A stretch of 62,987 bases of DNA, the filler included, from Lenisia limosa (Eukaryota; Protista; Breviatea), in NCBI GenBank assembly GCA_001655205.1. It is 9 parts of 9 records of this genome, joined end to end, with 100 filler letters (N's around TTAATTAATTAA, not from the genome) between each part and the next. Parts side by side here need not be neighbours in the genome. Positions count along the whole stretch, not along the records: positions 9,364 to 26,951 come from LPNZ01011522.1; 8 more parts are not named here. One strand, written 5' to 3'. The notes under the pieces are model-generated. The model was not told the DNA's origin, ran no database searches, and saw nothing but the letters and a program-made list of their open reading frames with translations. Positions 10,750-22,469 of the stretch are shown piece by piece (position 1 is the first letter of the stretch; each line of letters starts with the position of its first letter). Position numbers and translations under genes: made by a program.

Positions 10750-13490
10750 GGCTTGGTACATTCTTCAAAAGCCATTTAGTCGTCATTCAAAATGGTGGTG
10801 ACAAAACGGTGCCCAATCTTAGCCTAGAGTGTCAAAAGAAAAAACAATCAAATTGCCTAATAAAAAACGCATCCTTTGCTGAAAAACTTGGTTTGGGTAT
10901 AATACGGCAGTGACACAACAGCCACCTTTTTAATTGGTCTTTCCATAGGGTTGGCAAGAGTAGCGTGAGGCTGTGATTGTGAGAGAAAAATGTAAGGTAT
11001 GTAGTGACTCTCAATTGTTCCATCAGTTTCTCATCAAAAAAGCCAACTTCACTTGGAGGAAACGCGGAATTACAGAAGCCATATGTTGAGTCAATTACGT
11101 AAATGTCGGTATCAACTACAAGGTCATGGTGTGTAAATCTTGAATATTAGTATTCCGAATTGGAGAAGTTTACTTCCAATGTAGAATACCAGTTCAGTCT
11201 CCCACCTCCATGGAACATGAAACAGTGTTCGAAGTGAAAGCCAGCTGTGACCTTTGTCATGGTCTAAAGTGGATAATCAATGGAGGAGGAAAAGTTGTAC
11301 TCTGTCGAAGAAAAGTGTACTATAAAAAAAGTAACCCCAGGGAGACACCACTTTTCCAACCATGTTGTCTTACCTGCGCGAAACGATCGGTGATCTCGAC
11401 CAGGGTGGAGGAGTGGTCTGCTCCGGTCCCAATGCCAAGGCCGTCACCGTTACCACATGTAAAAACACGTCCTTCATCTAGAGTGTTAGAGGTTGTAAGA
11501 AAATTGAGATTAGGGCCACAGAGAACCTTTTTGGGTACAATTCTGGCCTTAAGTGATAAGAAAGGGGTAATATGAAATGGTATCTCTTACCAGTGACAAT
11601 TCCAGCGTTTTCACTGGTTGCGATTGCGGAAATGACCTTGTTGTTGATCCGAACATCATCAATCTGGTTATAAGACTCCGATACCAATTATTATTAATAT
11701 GACAGCATTAGACAGGTTCACTCCACATATGTACCTTGTGGGGAGTTCTTACGACCGAATCTGTTGCTCCGCATATTTGGAGGTTGTTGTTCCGCCCCAT
11801 GCCATAGACATTCTTCGTATCTGTCGATGTTAATCAATAATACACTCAGTACCTTGCTATACATGTTTGCTTTATACAGGGGAAATCCAAGGTAATTATT
11901 ACTCCATGCCATATAATATAACACGGCCTCACCCCGCACCACTAATGGCAAGGTAGGCGTAGTACTGGCCATCGTATGTCACAATTTTCTCTGGGAAGAG
12001 TCCTTCTTCCATCCACACCTGAAGGGTACGTAATTTCGTGGGGAAAGCATGGGAGAATAAGTCCCATTTCGTTATTGTCGCCAGCATTGAAGAAAACACC
12101 TACTTGATAGTCTATTAGGGTGCCGCTTCCGCACTGCCCATCAAGAGAATGCCCTCCACAAAGAATTCGTCCATTTTCTGGGGGGGGGAGTAAAATCGGA
12201 AAATTTATTAAACAAAAAAAGCCCAAATCAACTCTGTNNNNNNNNNNNNNNNNNNNNNNNNNNNNNNNNNNNNNNNNNNNNNNNNNNNNNNNNNNNNNNN
12301 NNNNNNNNNNNNNNNNNNNNNNNNNNNNNNNNNNNNNNNNNNNNNNNNNNNNNNNNNNNNNNNNNNNNNNNNNNNNNNNNNNNAACCATCATTGACAGAC
12401 CTGTAAAAATAAAGAAGAGGTTTGTGGAAGACTGAAGGTCTGAGACGACAGGGGTGCTTCCAGTCACAGGGTGGTTCTTGAGGAGTGCCTGTTTCGTGAA
12501 GCATAACTTGGACAATATAAGGAAATGACAACACATTATATGATCATGTCATGTAGTATATGATGCATATGATGATATATACTGTGGTAATACCATTGAG
12601 GAAGCCAAATTGGGTATTTACGACGTGGACAGTTAATAAATATCCCCGTATACCAGTCCAACAGTAGCCCTATTGACAACAGTGTTGTCCATCAATTGCC
12701 CAACGTTATTGAATCCCCATGTGTACACCTTGTTGTTTTCTACATCAGGTTATATGGGGAAATGGGAACCAACATGATATTAATAGTGAGAGTTGAGGTA
12801 AGGTGTTACAAAATACGCTTGATCTTGAATTACTACCTACCAATGAATCCACAATTTCTATAGCTGCAAGTCAGCTGAATAATGAGAATAACTGGAATTC
12901 AAATGAAACAATAAAAAAAACTAATGACAAGAGTTCACAACACAATAGCATACATGGGTAATGGGGGTACTAGGGGTATAGAGAAGAACAGGGGAATTAT
13001 CTCCTCCAGAAACTGCAGCATATCCAGCTCCCCAGGTATAAAGCTTGCCATCTAAAATAATCAAGGAATCAGTTTTACATATGACATATCATGGTATATT
13101 TACTTGATTAAGAATACTTCGAATTAAAAAAACACCCTTTAAGTGAAATGCCCTACAGACCTTTCCCAATTGCAGCAACATCACCTTCAGTCGTTTCAAC
13201 ATCCGTAAACTGAATACCCAGTGTGCTGTACGAGTCCATCTGATCAACAGTTGTTCCGATACCTAGTTGTCCCAAGGAGTTTTCACCACACACATTGGTG
13301 TAGGCTGAATTTTCGTTATTAAGAGCTTGGGTTCGGAGTTTAAGCAGCAAAACAATATTTACACTTTTAATATAGAAGTAAGGAGAGTAAGTTTCAAAAT
13401 GCACCAAATAGTATTAAGTTATTTAACGCCAGATTAGCAATCAAATACATACTAAATAACACACATCATACAAAACTGTTATTCTGAACA
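10750..13490 (-). CDS. RCC1/BLIP-II-like repeat beta-propeller protein, multi-exon
   Basis: Repeated RCC1-type motifs: NVCGENSLGQLGIG, DGKLYTWGAG, ENNKVYTWGFNNVGQL, ENGRILCGGHSLDGQCGSG, DEGRVFTCGNGDGLGIG, KVTAGFHF. Ends approximate. Confidence 0.82.
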
Positions 13491-13519
13491 TATATTTTTC
13501 ACTTCCCCTCCAACTAAGA

Positions 13520-16500
13520 TCACAGGGATACGCGTCCCACCCCACGTCCTTGGTACACCGCAAAAGAACCGGGTCAGAAGCCTACTCCGTCAGTGTAAAC
13601 TCAAATTTCCCCATGATAAAAATTACCCCAAACCCCCTCTAACAAAACACTGTACCAGGCATCTGTTGGATCCATCATCACGCATATGACCGCATTCAAT
13701 GACAGTAACCATGTTTGTTGAACTGAAAGGAGCCGTGCGACACCTCGAGTCTGTGAGTCAGAAAGGAATCAACAAAAGACGATTGCGTAAGTTTGTCTGC
13801 CAAAATGTTGGGTTATATTTTTTACCTCACCTTCACACGATACTTGGACAGGGTCAAAATCAACCTAGTATCATGAGCATTGAATGGTGGTTCTTACAAT
13901 CTCCATAATGCCCACAACCATCATCAAACACGATATAGTACAGAAAATAACATCATATTTCCTCCCCACTGATCATAGCCCAAGCAAACCTTCCTGACGG
14001 GGTTTGCGTCATCGAGTGGCCTGGATACCTGCAGGTCAGAGCGTCAGAGGGCTTGGTAATGTCTCAGGAAAAGGAGGGCATATATATATCATATTGACAT
14101 ATGATCAAACATGCTTACCTCAATTCTAACTCCCGAAGGAGATGAATATGGAAGAGCTGTGACGCTGAGTGGTCAGAAAAAAATAAACAAAAGTTCACAG
14201 TTTGGTTCTATTCTCTTTTACAAAACCAACACAAACCTGTAAACTGTGACAAAGCAGAGCGCCTCAATGAAAATTGCAAGCATCCCTGGCATTTCAAATT
14301 AACTCCTGATATCTGTAGTTGAATCTTTTTTTATCTGATGGCAATCTTAGTCATTCATCCAGCAGCAAAAAGGGACCGGACAAGGGACGGATGGGGGCCC
14401 TCTCCCGTCTCCGGTCGTGCCATCAAGCCGGCGGCGTGACATCCCCCCCCCCACAGAGGCCCTCCCCTTGNNNNNNNNNNNNNNNNNNNNNNNNNNNNNN
14501 NNNNNNNNNNNNNNNNNNNNNNNNNNNNNNNNNNNNNNNNNNNNACATTTAGCAGCAGTTTCGTGGTTGTGTGTGGTGTAGAGATTTGCTAGGTTAGTAT
14601 TGTGTTGGCGTACGACGAAGTCTGAAAGTCTGAAGAAATGACAAGGTATCAATACTCGTCCCAAGGCTAGAACACATCAACAGGTGAGAGTTGTTTTTTG
14701 CTCCTAAACTCATTTTGAATTAGCTTTCTCGGCTGCCTCTCTCGGGCATCATGGCAGGTTTGTTGGGTAATTCACGTTCTCTGCTGTTCCCAATGTTGTT
14801 TTCCTAAGTTCCTACTCCCCCCCCCCCCCCCCCNNNNNNNNNNNNNNNNNNNNNNNNNNNNNNNNNNNNNNNNNNNNNNNNNNNNNNNNNNNNNNNNNNN
14901 NNNNNNNNNNNNNNNNNNNNNNNNNNNNNNNNNNNNNNNNNNNNNNNNNNNNNNNNNNNNNNNNNNNNNNNNNNNNNNNNNNNNNNNNNNNNNNNNNNNN
15001 NNNNNNNNNNNNNNNNNNNNNNNNNNNNNNNNTCCATCAAGAAAAAATACAGAGGGGGGGGGGGGAGGGAATGTGTATCCTGTAATTGAGGGGGATGAAG
15101 ATCCTGAAATTGAGTTTTACTCCCTTTTAGGTCATCATTCAAGCGTTGTGGCATCTTCAGTCTTTCCGAAGTATTTTCCAAGGTGGTCTAGTAATAGTAT
15201 ACATACTTTTGTCGAATAAGGAACTAACTAGGTAGACCAACCCACACACAACTGTACCGCCCCCAATGCAACGATCCAACCGGACAGCCCACAAGCATGT
15301 GCCTTTTGTGCTCTTCATGTTGGTGGTAGTTTATATTTTACAAGAATACAGCACTGCTGTGTATTATCATTTACTGTTTCAGGTTGTATTTACCCAGTTT
15401 GAGTTCTCTCAACAAGAGGTCCTACCCCCAGACGCCCTAAGAGTTGCACTTTCTGTGAGCTGTGGTGCATAGTTCACGTAGCAGGAGCATTCTTTCCAAT
15501 ACCTAATCTAACTGGGTCAGATTCTGGGTCGATCGCAGAACCGATTCCAGCTAGGAGACATTGATGATGCATGCGAAGCTTTTGTAAGCTTGGATTCGAT
15601 TATTCTTGGAAATGTGTCAAATGTGTCAAATCCAATTTCTATGGAGCACAAAATCACCTTATGACAGGATACGCTGCTCTCCGCCTTACATTCTGTCCTC
15701 TCGGAGTCAGAGAATATCCCATCCATGGTTTCTAATATTTTCTCCATGGCTTTTGTCGAACAGGTTTGACCATCATTATTTTTGAATGAACAATGGGTAT
15801 AATCGAAACACTAACTGCGTTTTTCTACCTCTTATTCATCAGCGTTTTTCATATTCTTGGGACGCCATGATAAAATAATCACAGCGAAACTGAAATAATA
15901 CAGTAGATTGAGTTTCTGATCTTGGACAGATGCGGCTGTTTATGGTTTAGTCGGACTGCAAAGCATGTGGGGCTACTGATGAGCCAGTTTCATACTCAAC
16001 ATTCATGTACTATGTCACAGTCCCTGAACTCCTCAGTGCTGCTGAAGACGCCGGAATGGTTGGCGAATCTTATCGATGCTTGGTTTATTATTAGGAATTT
16101 TTGCCAAGTGCCAATCCGTTCAACAAAGTCAATCAGTTTATCACAAAGGCTTTCAGCCCCCCCTGTAAGCCTCATCCTTGGCAATACAATCTCACACCCC
16201 AGCCGTCACCACTACTTCCTTTAACGAGTTATTGAAGTATGTGTCGATGTCCATAAAAAAACCATGCAGTAATGAAGGAGTAAGTCAATAATGCCCTTAA
16301 TTTACTATGACAGAAGTGCACTACCGTCAATCCGGTTATGAAGTACCTCACAAGCATTCCGGATGTTTGCTTGGTCTCTACCATTTTGCAAGACTGTTTT
16401 GGTTATTTTTTGGTTCTTCATCTTTGTTTGATAGTTCCACCCATCCAGGTGCTAACCATTGGTCTGACTTGGCTCTCCGATAACGAGTCCTCAAGTACAA

Positions 16501-17250
16501 TCAGAAAGGTGATGAGCATCATTGACCTCACAATTGATCCAAGTGAAATCTTTCCGGGGTATGTTGAAGTCTCCCCGTTTTTCTTTTCTCACGTTTCAGC
16601 GAGCCAGAAAAAGAAGAGTTTATTCTGAGAGGCATGATTGGATACTATGGACGGCACTATACGTAAGCCCTTGACTATTTGATGACCTTTGTGTGATGTG
16701 TTGACTTTTTAGTGCGTTGTTTTACAATCTGAGCATTAATGAATGGGTGAGAGGAGTTAAAAATCAGACTTCATAGCCGATATAATGAAGTATTCTATGA
16801 TTTTAACATGAAAGGTGGTGTTTGATGACACGATTGTGAAGGCAATTGGCAAGACACTGGACGATTGTTCGAAGTATGTTTCTTCAGGCCGGTTTCAGCC
16901 CACTATTCTCTTCTACCAGCGCAACGTCGTTTCAGCTGGTGGGAAGACATATGGACATTCACTGAGGGCACTATTTTTTTATTATTTGGCTCGATTTCAA
17001 GCTAATTCTGATTATTTCAGAGTCAGCTGTTACACTAGACACTCTTACATATAGGTATGAGAGATTCCACATAGAATTAGACTGATATGTGATATTGATT
17101 TTGGACACTCAAAACAACTGATGAGTAAATAAAGATGACATGAATGTACTAACCTCGTAGTGAGACTATCAGCAACATTCAAGCCTCTCCAGCCAAGCCC
17201 ATTGCCAACCTTAAGTCAGTGTTGAACTCCGCTGGCAACAAATTCAAGTG
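13520..17250 (+). CDS. USP53/USP54-like ubiquitin-specific peptidase (C19 family), multi-exon
   Basis: Exons match the USP53/54 catalytic domain in order: VIIQALWHLQSFRSIF, ACAFCALH, VVFTQFEFSQQEVLPPDALRVALS, QNRFQLGDIDDACEAF, FSMAFVEQ, PELLSAA, YLTSIPDVLTIGLTW, EFILRGMIGYYGRHY, WVVFDDTIVKAIG, RFQPTILFYQ. The Cys-box exon is not visible and probably lies in the gap at 14833-15032. Gene ends approximate. Confidence 0.85.
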
Positions 17251-17439
17251 GGTATTATTTCGATGACTTTCTCCGAAATTCACCGACTATGAAAGGGGTT
17301 TTGACTTGGGGAAAATGGTAGCCACATCGCTCCATTTGAGTTGCTTTGTGATATGATCACCACTCAAGGTTTGGCTGAAATAACTTTTTCAGTGAACTGA
17401 GTGGCGCTTTGTTTGCGAAGGTCAATCAGGCGAAGGTTG

Positions 17440-20400
17440 ACCCTCTTTCAGCCCGGAAGGAGTGTATTTCCATTCCCGTGACTCCAGACGTGCCAAGTCA
17501 GCAGCCTGGCCATGAAGTTAGGGTCGGAGCAGCTACTTGTTTTGACGTGTTGACATTTCAAGCCTTTCTTGTGATTTTTTAGTCCTCATTGAACGAAGAG
17601 GCTACGTTGAAATTTACTCCTTGCCCACCAACCTATAGTATGTTGCAAATGTTGCAAAATCCAGAAATGGCCAAACCCTCGGGACCTAACTGTTGCAGGC
17701 CGACTGGGCAGTCTTCCTCCTCTTCAAAGCTACTCCCAACAACAACACTCCTTCCGCAAAACCCGTAAGCCAGGTGATCGTTGATCTGTTAACTGACTAT
17801 TTAGCTTTAGGATCCCTCTAACCTGCATAGTTTGGTAAATGTTCTTTCTGGTATCATGTTTAGTATTTAACAAGTTTAAGAAATACACAGTACAATATTA
17901 TTCAATACATAATAGACCCGTTAGAAAGCAGAACACTTTTCCGTTACGAAAGTGGGTCGGTATAAGTAGGTGAGATTGTCGTTCTCACCAAACATATTTT
18001 CAACAAACATGGAGCTGCCGTACTTTTCACGAATCTGGAGAAATGAGATTCTTCTTGACCTACCAGATCTGACTCATGGGACCTTTTATAGAGAGTCTTC
18101 ATTTCTGAATCAGTCATCGTGGTGTCATAGACTCTTGCCTGGAAGGTCATACTTGAAGGCCCGATCAAAAGATCTTACAATGACAAAATCATACACGAAA
18201 AGAACAGAAACATGGGCAGAAGCCCAGGCTGACAAGCACAAAAAATCATCAAGCTTACAAAGGCCAAAACAGACTGCTTGATAAACGAATGAGAACTTGT
18301 TCCTGCAATTGATCCATCGCTTCCGAAATTAGATCCTGATGCGGTTTTCTGGGGGGGTAAAAAAAAAATTCAATCAAGAACATTGGCGTAAAAGGTTATA
18401 ATCACGAACTTAAAAAAAAAAACAACATAACAAACATTAGCACAAATGTTAAAACTAGACAAAAACCAGATGGCCTTTGTACCCAAACGTACTGCAGGGT
18501 GTTAATAAAAATTAAGGGAACTGTTAAAAAACTCGACTTATTAACGGTCACAACCCATCAGAGCAGTCCCAAGCATACGACCCCCGAGGGGATCAAAGCT
18601 GACCAGACTGCAGAATAGAATCTCAACAGGTACGAACAATATGATACCAAACGAACTATTTTAAACCATACTGATGCTGAGCAAAACAGTAGTAACGGTA
18701 TCAACAAAAAAAGTAGCTGGGTTTAAAAATGGATAATATGAAAACTGGTGGAGGGGCATGAAAGTAGAAACTGAATATTTGCCCGCAGCAACCCCTTATA
18801 CCAAGGAAGTGGCACCTTCAGAGTTACATCCAGAAGTGCATGCGATGGCATATTCCACCCCGTTGATGTACGCGATTTTGGAGGTGTCAGTGAAACGTGC
18901 CGCAAAATGATGCCATTTGCCACTTTCTTAGATGGTTAGTTCTTTCACACAGCGGGGGATGCCTTGTTACCTAGAGTTGGAATGGCTACTGATCCATGAG
19001 AAGCTGAGTTACTGTAGAGTTCGACCCGTGTAGAGGTCTGCGGACGAGGTTAATGAATAAAGCAAAGAACGAAGACATATGATGGATCCGAGAGAAAAAC
19101 AATGTGATGCGAAATGACCTGACTCTAGGTTAACAGTTTCTCTGACCTTCCCAAAATCTGCATAAGAATTGCCTAACTGGATGGAAGAAGCCCCAACAGG
19201 ACGTCCATATACCAACATCAGTTTTTGCTTGACCTTTTGAAAACTATTATAAAATATATAATTTGGTTGACACCTCTTCTCACTGAAGTCAAAAAGCCGA
19301 TTCTAGGCATGAAATGGTGTTGCAGCGTCGGGGTGTTGGTGTTGAATGGGTGGAAGTAGTGGTACACATATGAAGCAGGGAGTTTGAAGAAGCACTACAA
19401 ACGTTGAAGAGTTTGACGATATAACCATGAAATTACAGCCGTGATGCCAACCTCAAAGACCTTGTCGCCAGCAGGCCATGTGTCAAGGTCAACTGTTGCA
19501 TAGTTATAATTTGACTCGTATTTTGATGCTGTAACTCCGGCCTGCGAATATGAGGCTCTGTAAAATATTTACAAGTCGATTTTGACCCTTTGTATTCATC
19601 ACTTTGTCTCCCTATTGGGTAGACTATGGAAGAAAAATGCTGATAACATCCATATGTATTGATATTATCGGACTAAATACAGAGACCCCCCCCTCACATA
19701 AGATGACTGGCTCTTGACCGGCAAAGATGAGCCACAAACTGCTGTGCCGGACACTGTGCTGCACGCCTGTAAAGTGTCAATGGATTCTGAGCTAATGCAT
19801 GAGACTCAGAAAAAAATGAATTTCAGAATATTTTACTCAGATAATTTTTAAATATACTACATGTGAAATCATGAATATTCTGTATGTACATATTGTTGTA
19901 TGGAATGATCATCCATTTATTTGCCAACTCATTTTGAAACAGTTGGACACAAGGTGGTTCAGCCCTTTTTTTATTTTGCAAAAAAATATTGTGTTAGTAA
20001 TTAAAATAACCCTTCGGGATAATTCCGCTTGGTAGTTTTCCATATAAAACAGTCCAGACATGAAAATTCTAAAAATGAGCAAACATGGCCTGGAATGTGA
20101 CAAACCAAGGCTATATGAGGCTAAAATTGCAATATATAGACAATGTGGCAGTTTTGGCTGTGTGTAGTTACAATAGTCATTTCAACTCCTCAAATATTGT
20201 GTTTAAGTCCCAAAAAGGTAAAAAAAAAATAATAAGTGAAACCACAAAAATCTCCAAAATTGGAATACAGGAAAATGGGCATTATAAAAATGTGTCCCCG
20301 AAGTTGTTTCATATGGAAAACTACCCTGCGGAATTATCTTGAAGGGCCATTTAGATTACTTAGCCTTTTTTTTATTAATTTATTTTTTGAAAAATAAAAA

Positions 20401-21672
20401 AAAAGAACTGAACCACCTTGATCAAGTACCAAAAAATGAAGAGGATCATTCAAACATCCACAAGAACAGAGAACTAACCCTGACAGTGTACATGCAGTTG
20501 CTTTCGGGAAAGTCAATACGAACGTAATCGTCCGCAACCCCAAGAAGAGACACCGACTTAGACATTGTTGATTCAACAGGCATCATCTGCAAATGTACTT
20601 AATGGCTATAAAGGGGAAATACATGTTTTAATATCATATCATATGTAGTATGCATAATGTATATAAATATATATATATATATGTATTATACTATATCATA
20701 TGATCATAAATTTGAATACTATATCATATGATATGTATATGATTATCCCGACAACCTGAATATAATGGTCTGCATCTTTGGGCACATTGGTAATACCAAT
20801 TTTCGCATGGAATGGATGAACTTCTAAAACTGAAATTGCGTCCAAGTCTACGAGGGAGAAGGGTCAAACAACGGAAGACCGAAAATCGCGAAACACAAAA
20901 AAAACTACCAAACCCAATACACCTTTGTGAATATTGCTTCAAAATTTTGATTGGGGGGGGGGGGAANNNNNNNNNNNNNNNNNNNNNNNNNNNNNNNNNN
21001 NNNNNNNNNNNNNNNNNNNNNNNNNNNNNNNNNNNNNNNNNNNNNNNNNNNNNTCGCTCAAAATAAGACTACAATGGGTCAGATCTAGCATAGCCTCCAG
21101 TGAGAGTTTGGTTTCAGTTTATTCGAGAGAGGGCTTGGTTTCAGCTTATTCAAGAGAGAGAGAGGGCTTGGCTTCAGCTTTTTTAAGAGAGAGAGAGGGA
21201 TTACTCACGATATCATATGATATAATATAGTATAAGATAGAGAGGTGACAAACTATAATAATATTATGTATTATTATTATATAAAAAATAAAAGGAATAT
21301 CCGAAGCCGTCCAATTCATAAGATATGATATGATATCATATGTTTAACATTCGCTACAGCGTGAGAAAGAATAACCTGCACAACGAACTTTAGAAATAGG
21401 GCTGTCACCATTGACAGGCTCGGTGACTTGGAGATTCAAACGACCAGCTGTGTCAGCTTCAAAGCTAAAGTGGTCAATCAAGTCGGGGAAGTAGAGGTAA
21501 ACATCCTCAACATCCAACAAAGCGTGAAAACATATGATATAGGAGCATATATGCCCCTGTAGTTAGGGTTGCATATTCCTTTTACTCTTATTTAAGTTAT
21601 AGGATGTCACCACCTGGCTGCGGCGTGTGTGGTCGATCCAAGAAGAAGGTAAACAAGAAAGAGAACAATCAT
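17440..21672 (-). CDS. Putative secreted protein with LamG/concanavalin-like jelly-roll domain
   Basis: Start MIVLFLVYLLLGSTTHAAA looks like a signal peptide. Exon SGKWHHFAARFTDTSKIAYINGVE and downstream FQARVYDTTMTDSEMKTLYK fit LamG_3 strand and terminal-helix motifs. Clean exon IREKYGSSMFVENMFGENDNLTYLYRPTF. 3' end uncertain. Confidence 0.62.
18349..18492 (-). repeat. Intron repeat family A, whole intron
   Basis: Starts GTACGTTTGGG like the copy at 162 and ends TTTTACCCCCCCAG. Confidence 0.82.
19903..20451. mobile_element. Foldback/MULE-like non-autonomous element with ~140-bp imperfect TIRs
   Basis: Left arm gaatgatc..caaggtggttcag..cccttcgggataattccgcttggtagttttccatataaaac is the reverse complement of right arm gtttcatatggaaaactaccctgcggaattatcttgaaggg..ctgaaccaccttg..gatcattc. 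Confidence 0.8.
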
Positions 21673-22469
21673 CCCGTTCCTCCGTTCTTGTTGTTGTGTA
21701 TAATTATTTGCGCAAGTTTTTGCAGCAGGTGTTGGAGAGTTTGTGTTTGGAACTTGTGGAACTCGTTGGAACTGCTTTGCTGGATTGTTCATTAAATTAG
21801 CTTCTAAATATTTTTACCACTGGTACAAGCACTTATAGGGGGTTTCATGGGGTTGNNNNNNNNNNNNNNNNNNNNNNNNNNNNNNNNNNNNNNNNNNNNN
21901 NNNNNNNNNNNNNNNNNNNNNNNNNNNNNNNNNNNNNNNNNNNNNNNNNNNNNNNNNNNNNNNNAAAACACCCAACCATCTGACCCTATCTCTCTGCTGC
22001 AGAGTGTCAGAGTGTGGTCAGAGTGTCTGTGTGTCTGTGCTTTGTATGATGCAATAATATTCAAAGATATAGTCCATGAACCTTGATTTGATTGATGCCT
22101 TCACCTACTGTATGTGAGCAATCCACTGATAGCCCATACATCTGAGACATTTACTATGGACCAGTGCAAGTTATTCTGACTTGAAATGGTTTGTGCCTTT
22201 TATCTTCCTTTATTTGTGTAGTCTTTCGGCAGAGATGAATTCGCAGGATTCGACCCAAGCGACCCATGTTGGGGGCTTTGACATTGTCGTTCTCTAACAT
22301 CAATTTAATTGGACCCCATCCCCTGTGTATTGTTGATGGCTGTGTCACCCACATATGAACTTGATATTATCTTCCCCTCACCATATCAACGCAGCGTCCA
22401 TTATCTTCCCCTCACCATATCAACGCAGCGTCTATTTTGCCGCTTCTGTTTCTTGACATTATAGTGCTT

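Noticed and set aside
13980-14035. LPDGVCVIEWP resembling TsaE
   Set aside because: No P-loop or other TsaE motifs are present.
15250-16520. Minus-strand Cys-rich or saposin-like secreted protein suggested by ORFs 15517-15747 and 15996-16184
   Set aside because: The plus strand yields collinear USP53/54 motifs with clean splice sites.
17950-18281. Plus-strand terminal exons overlapping the neighbouring gene
   Set aside because: Minus-strand exons here have better splice sites and a LamG-type terminal motif.
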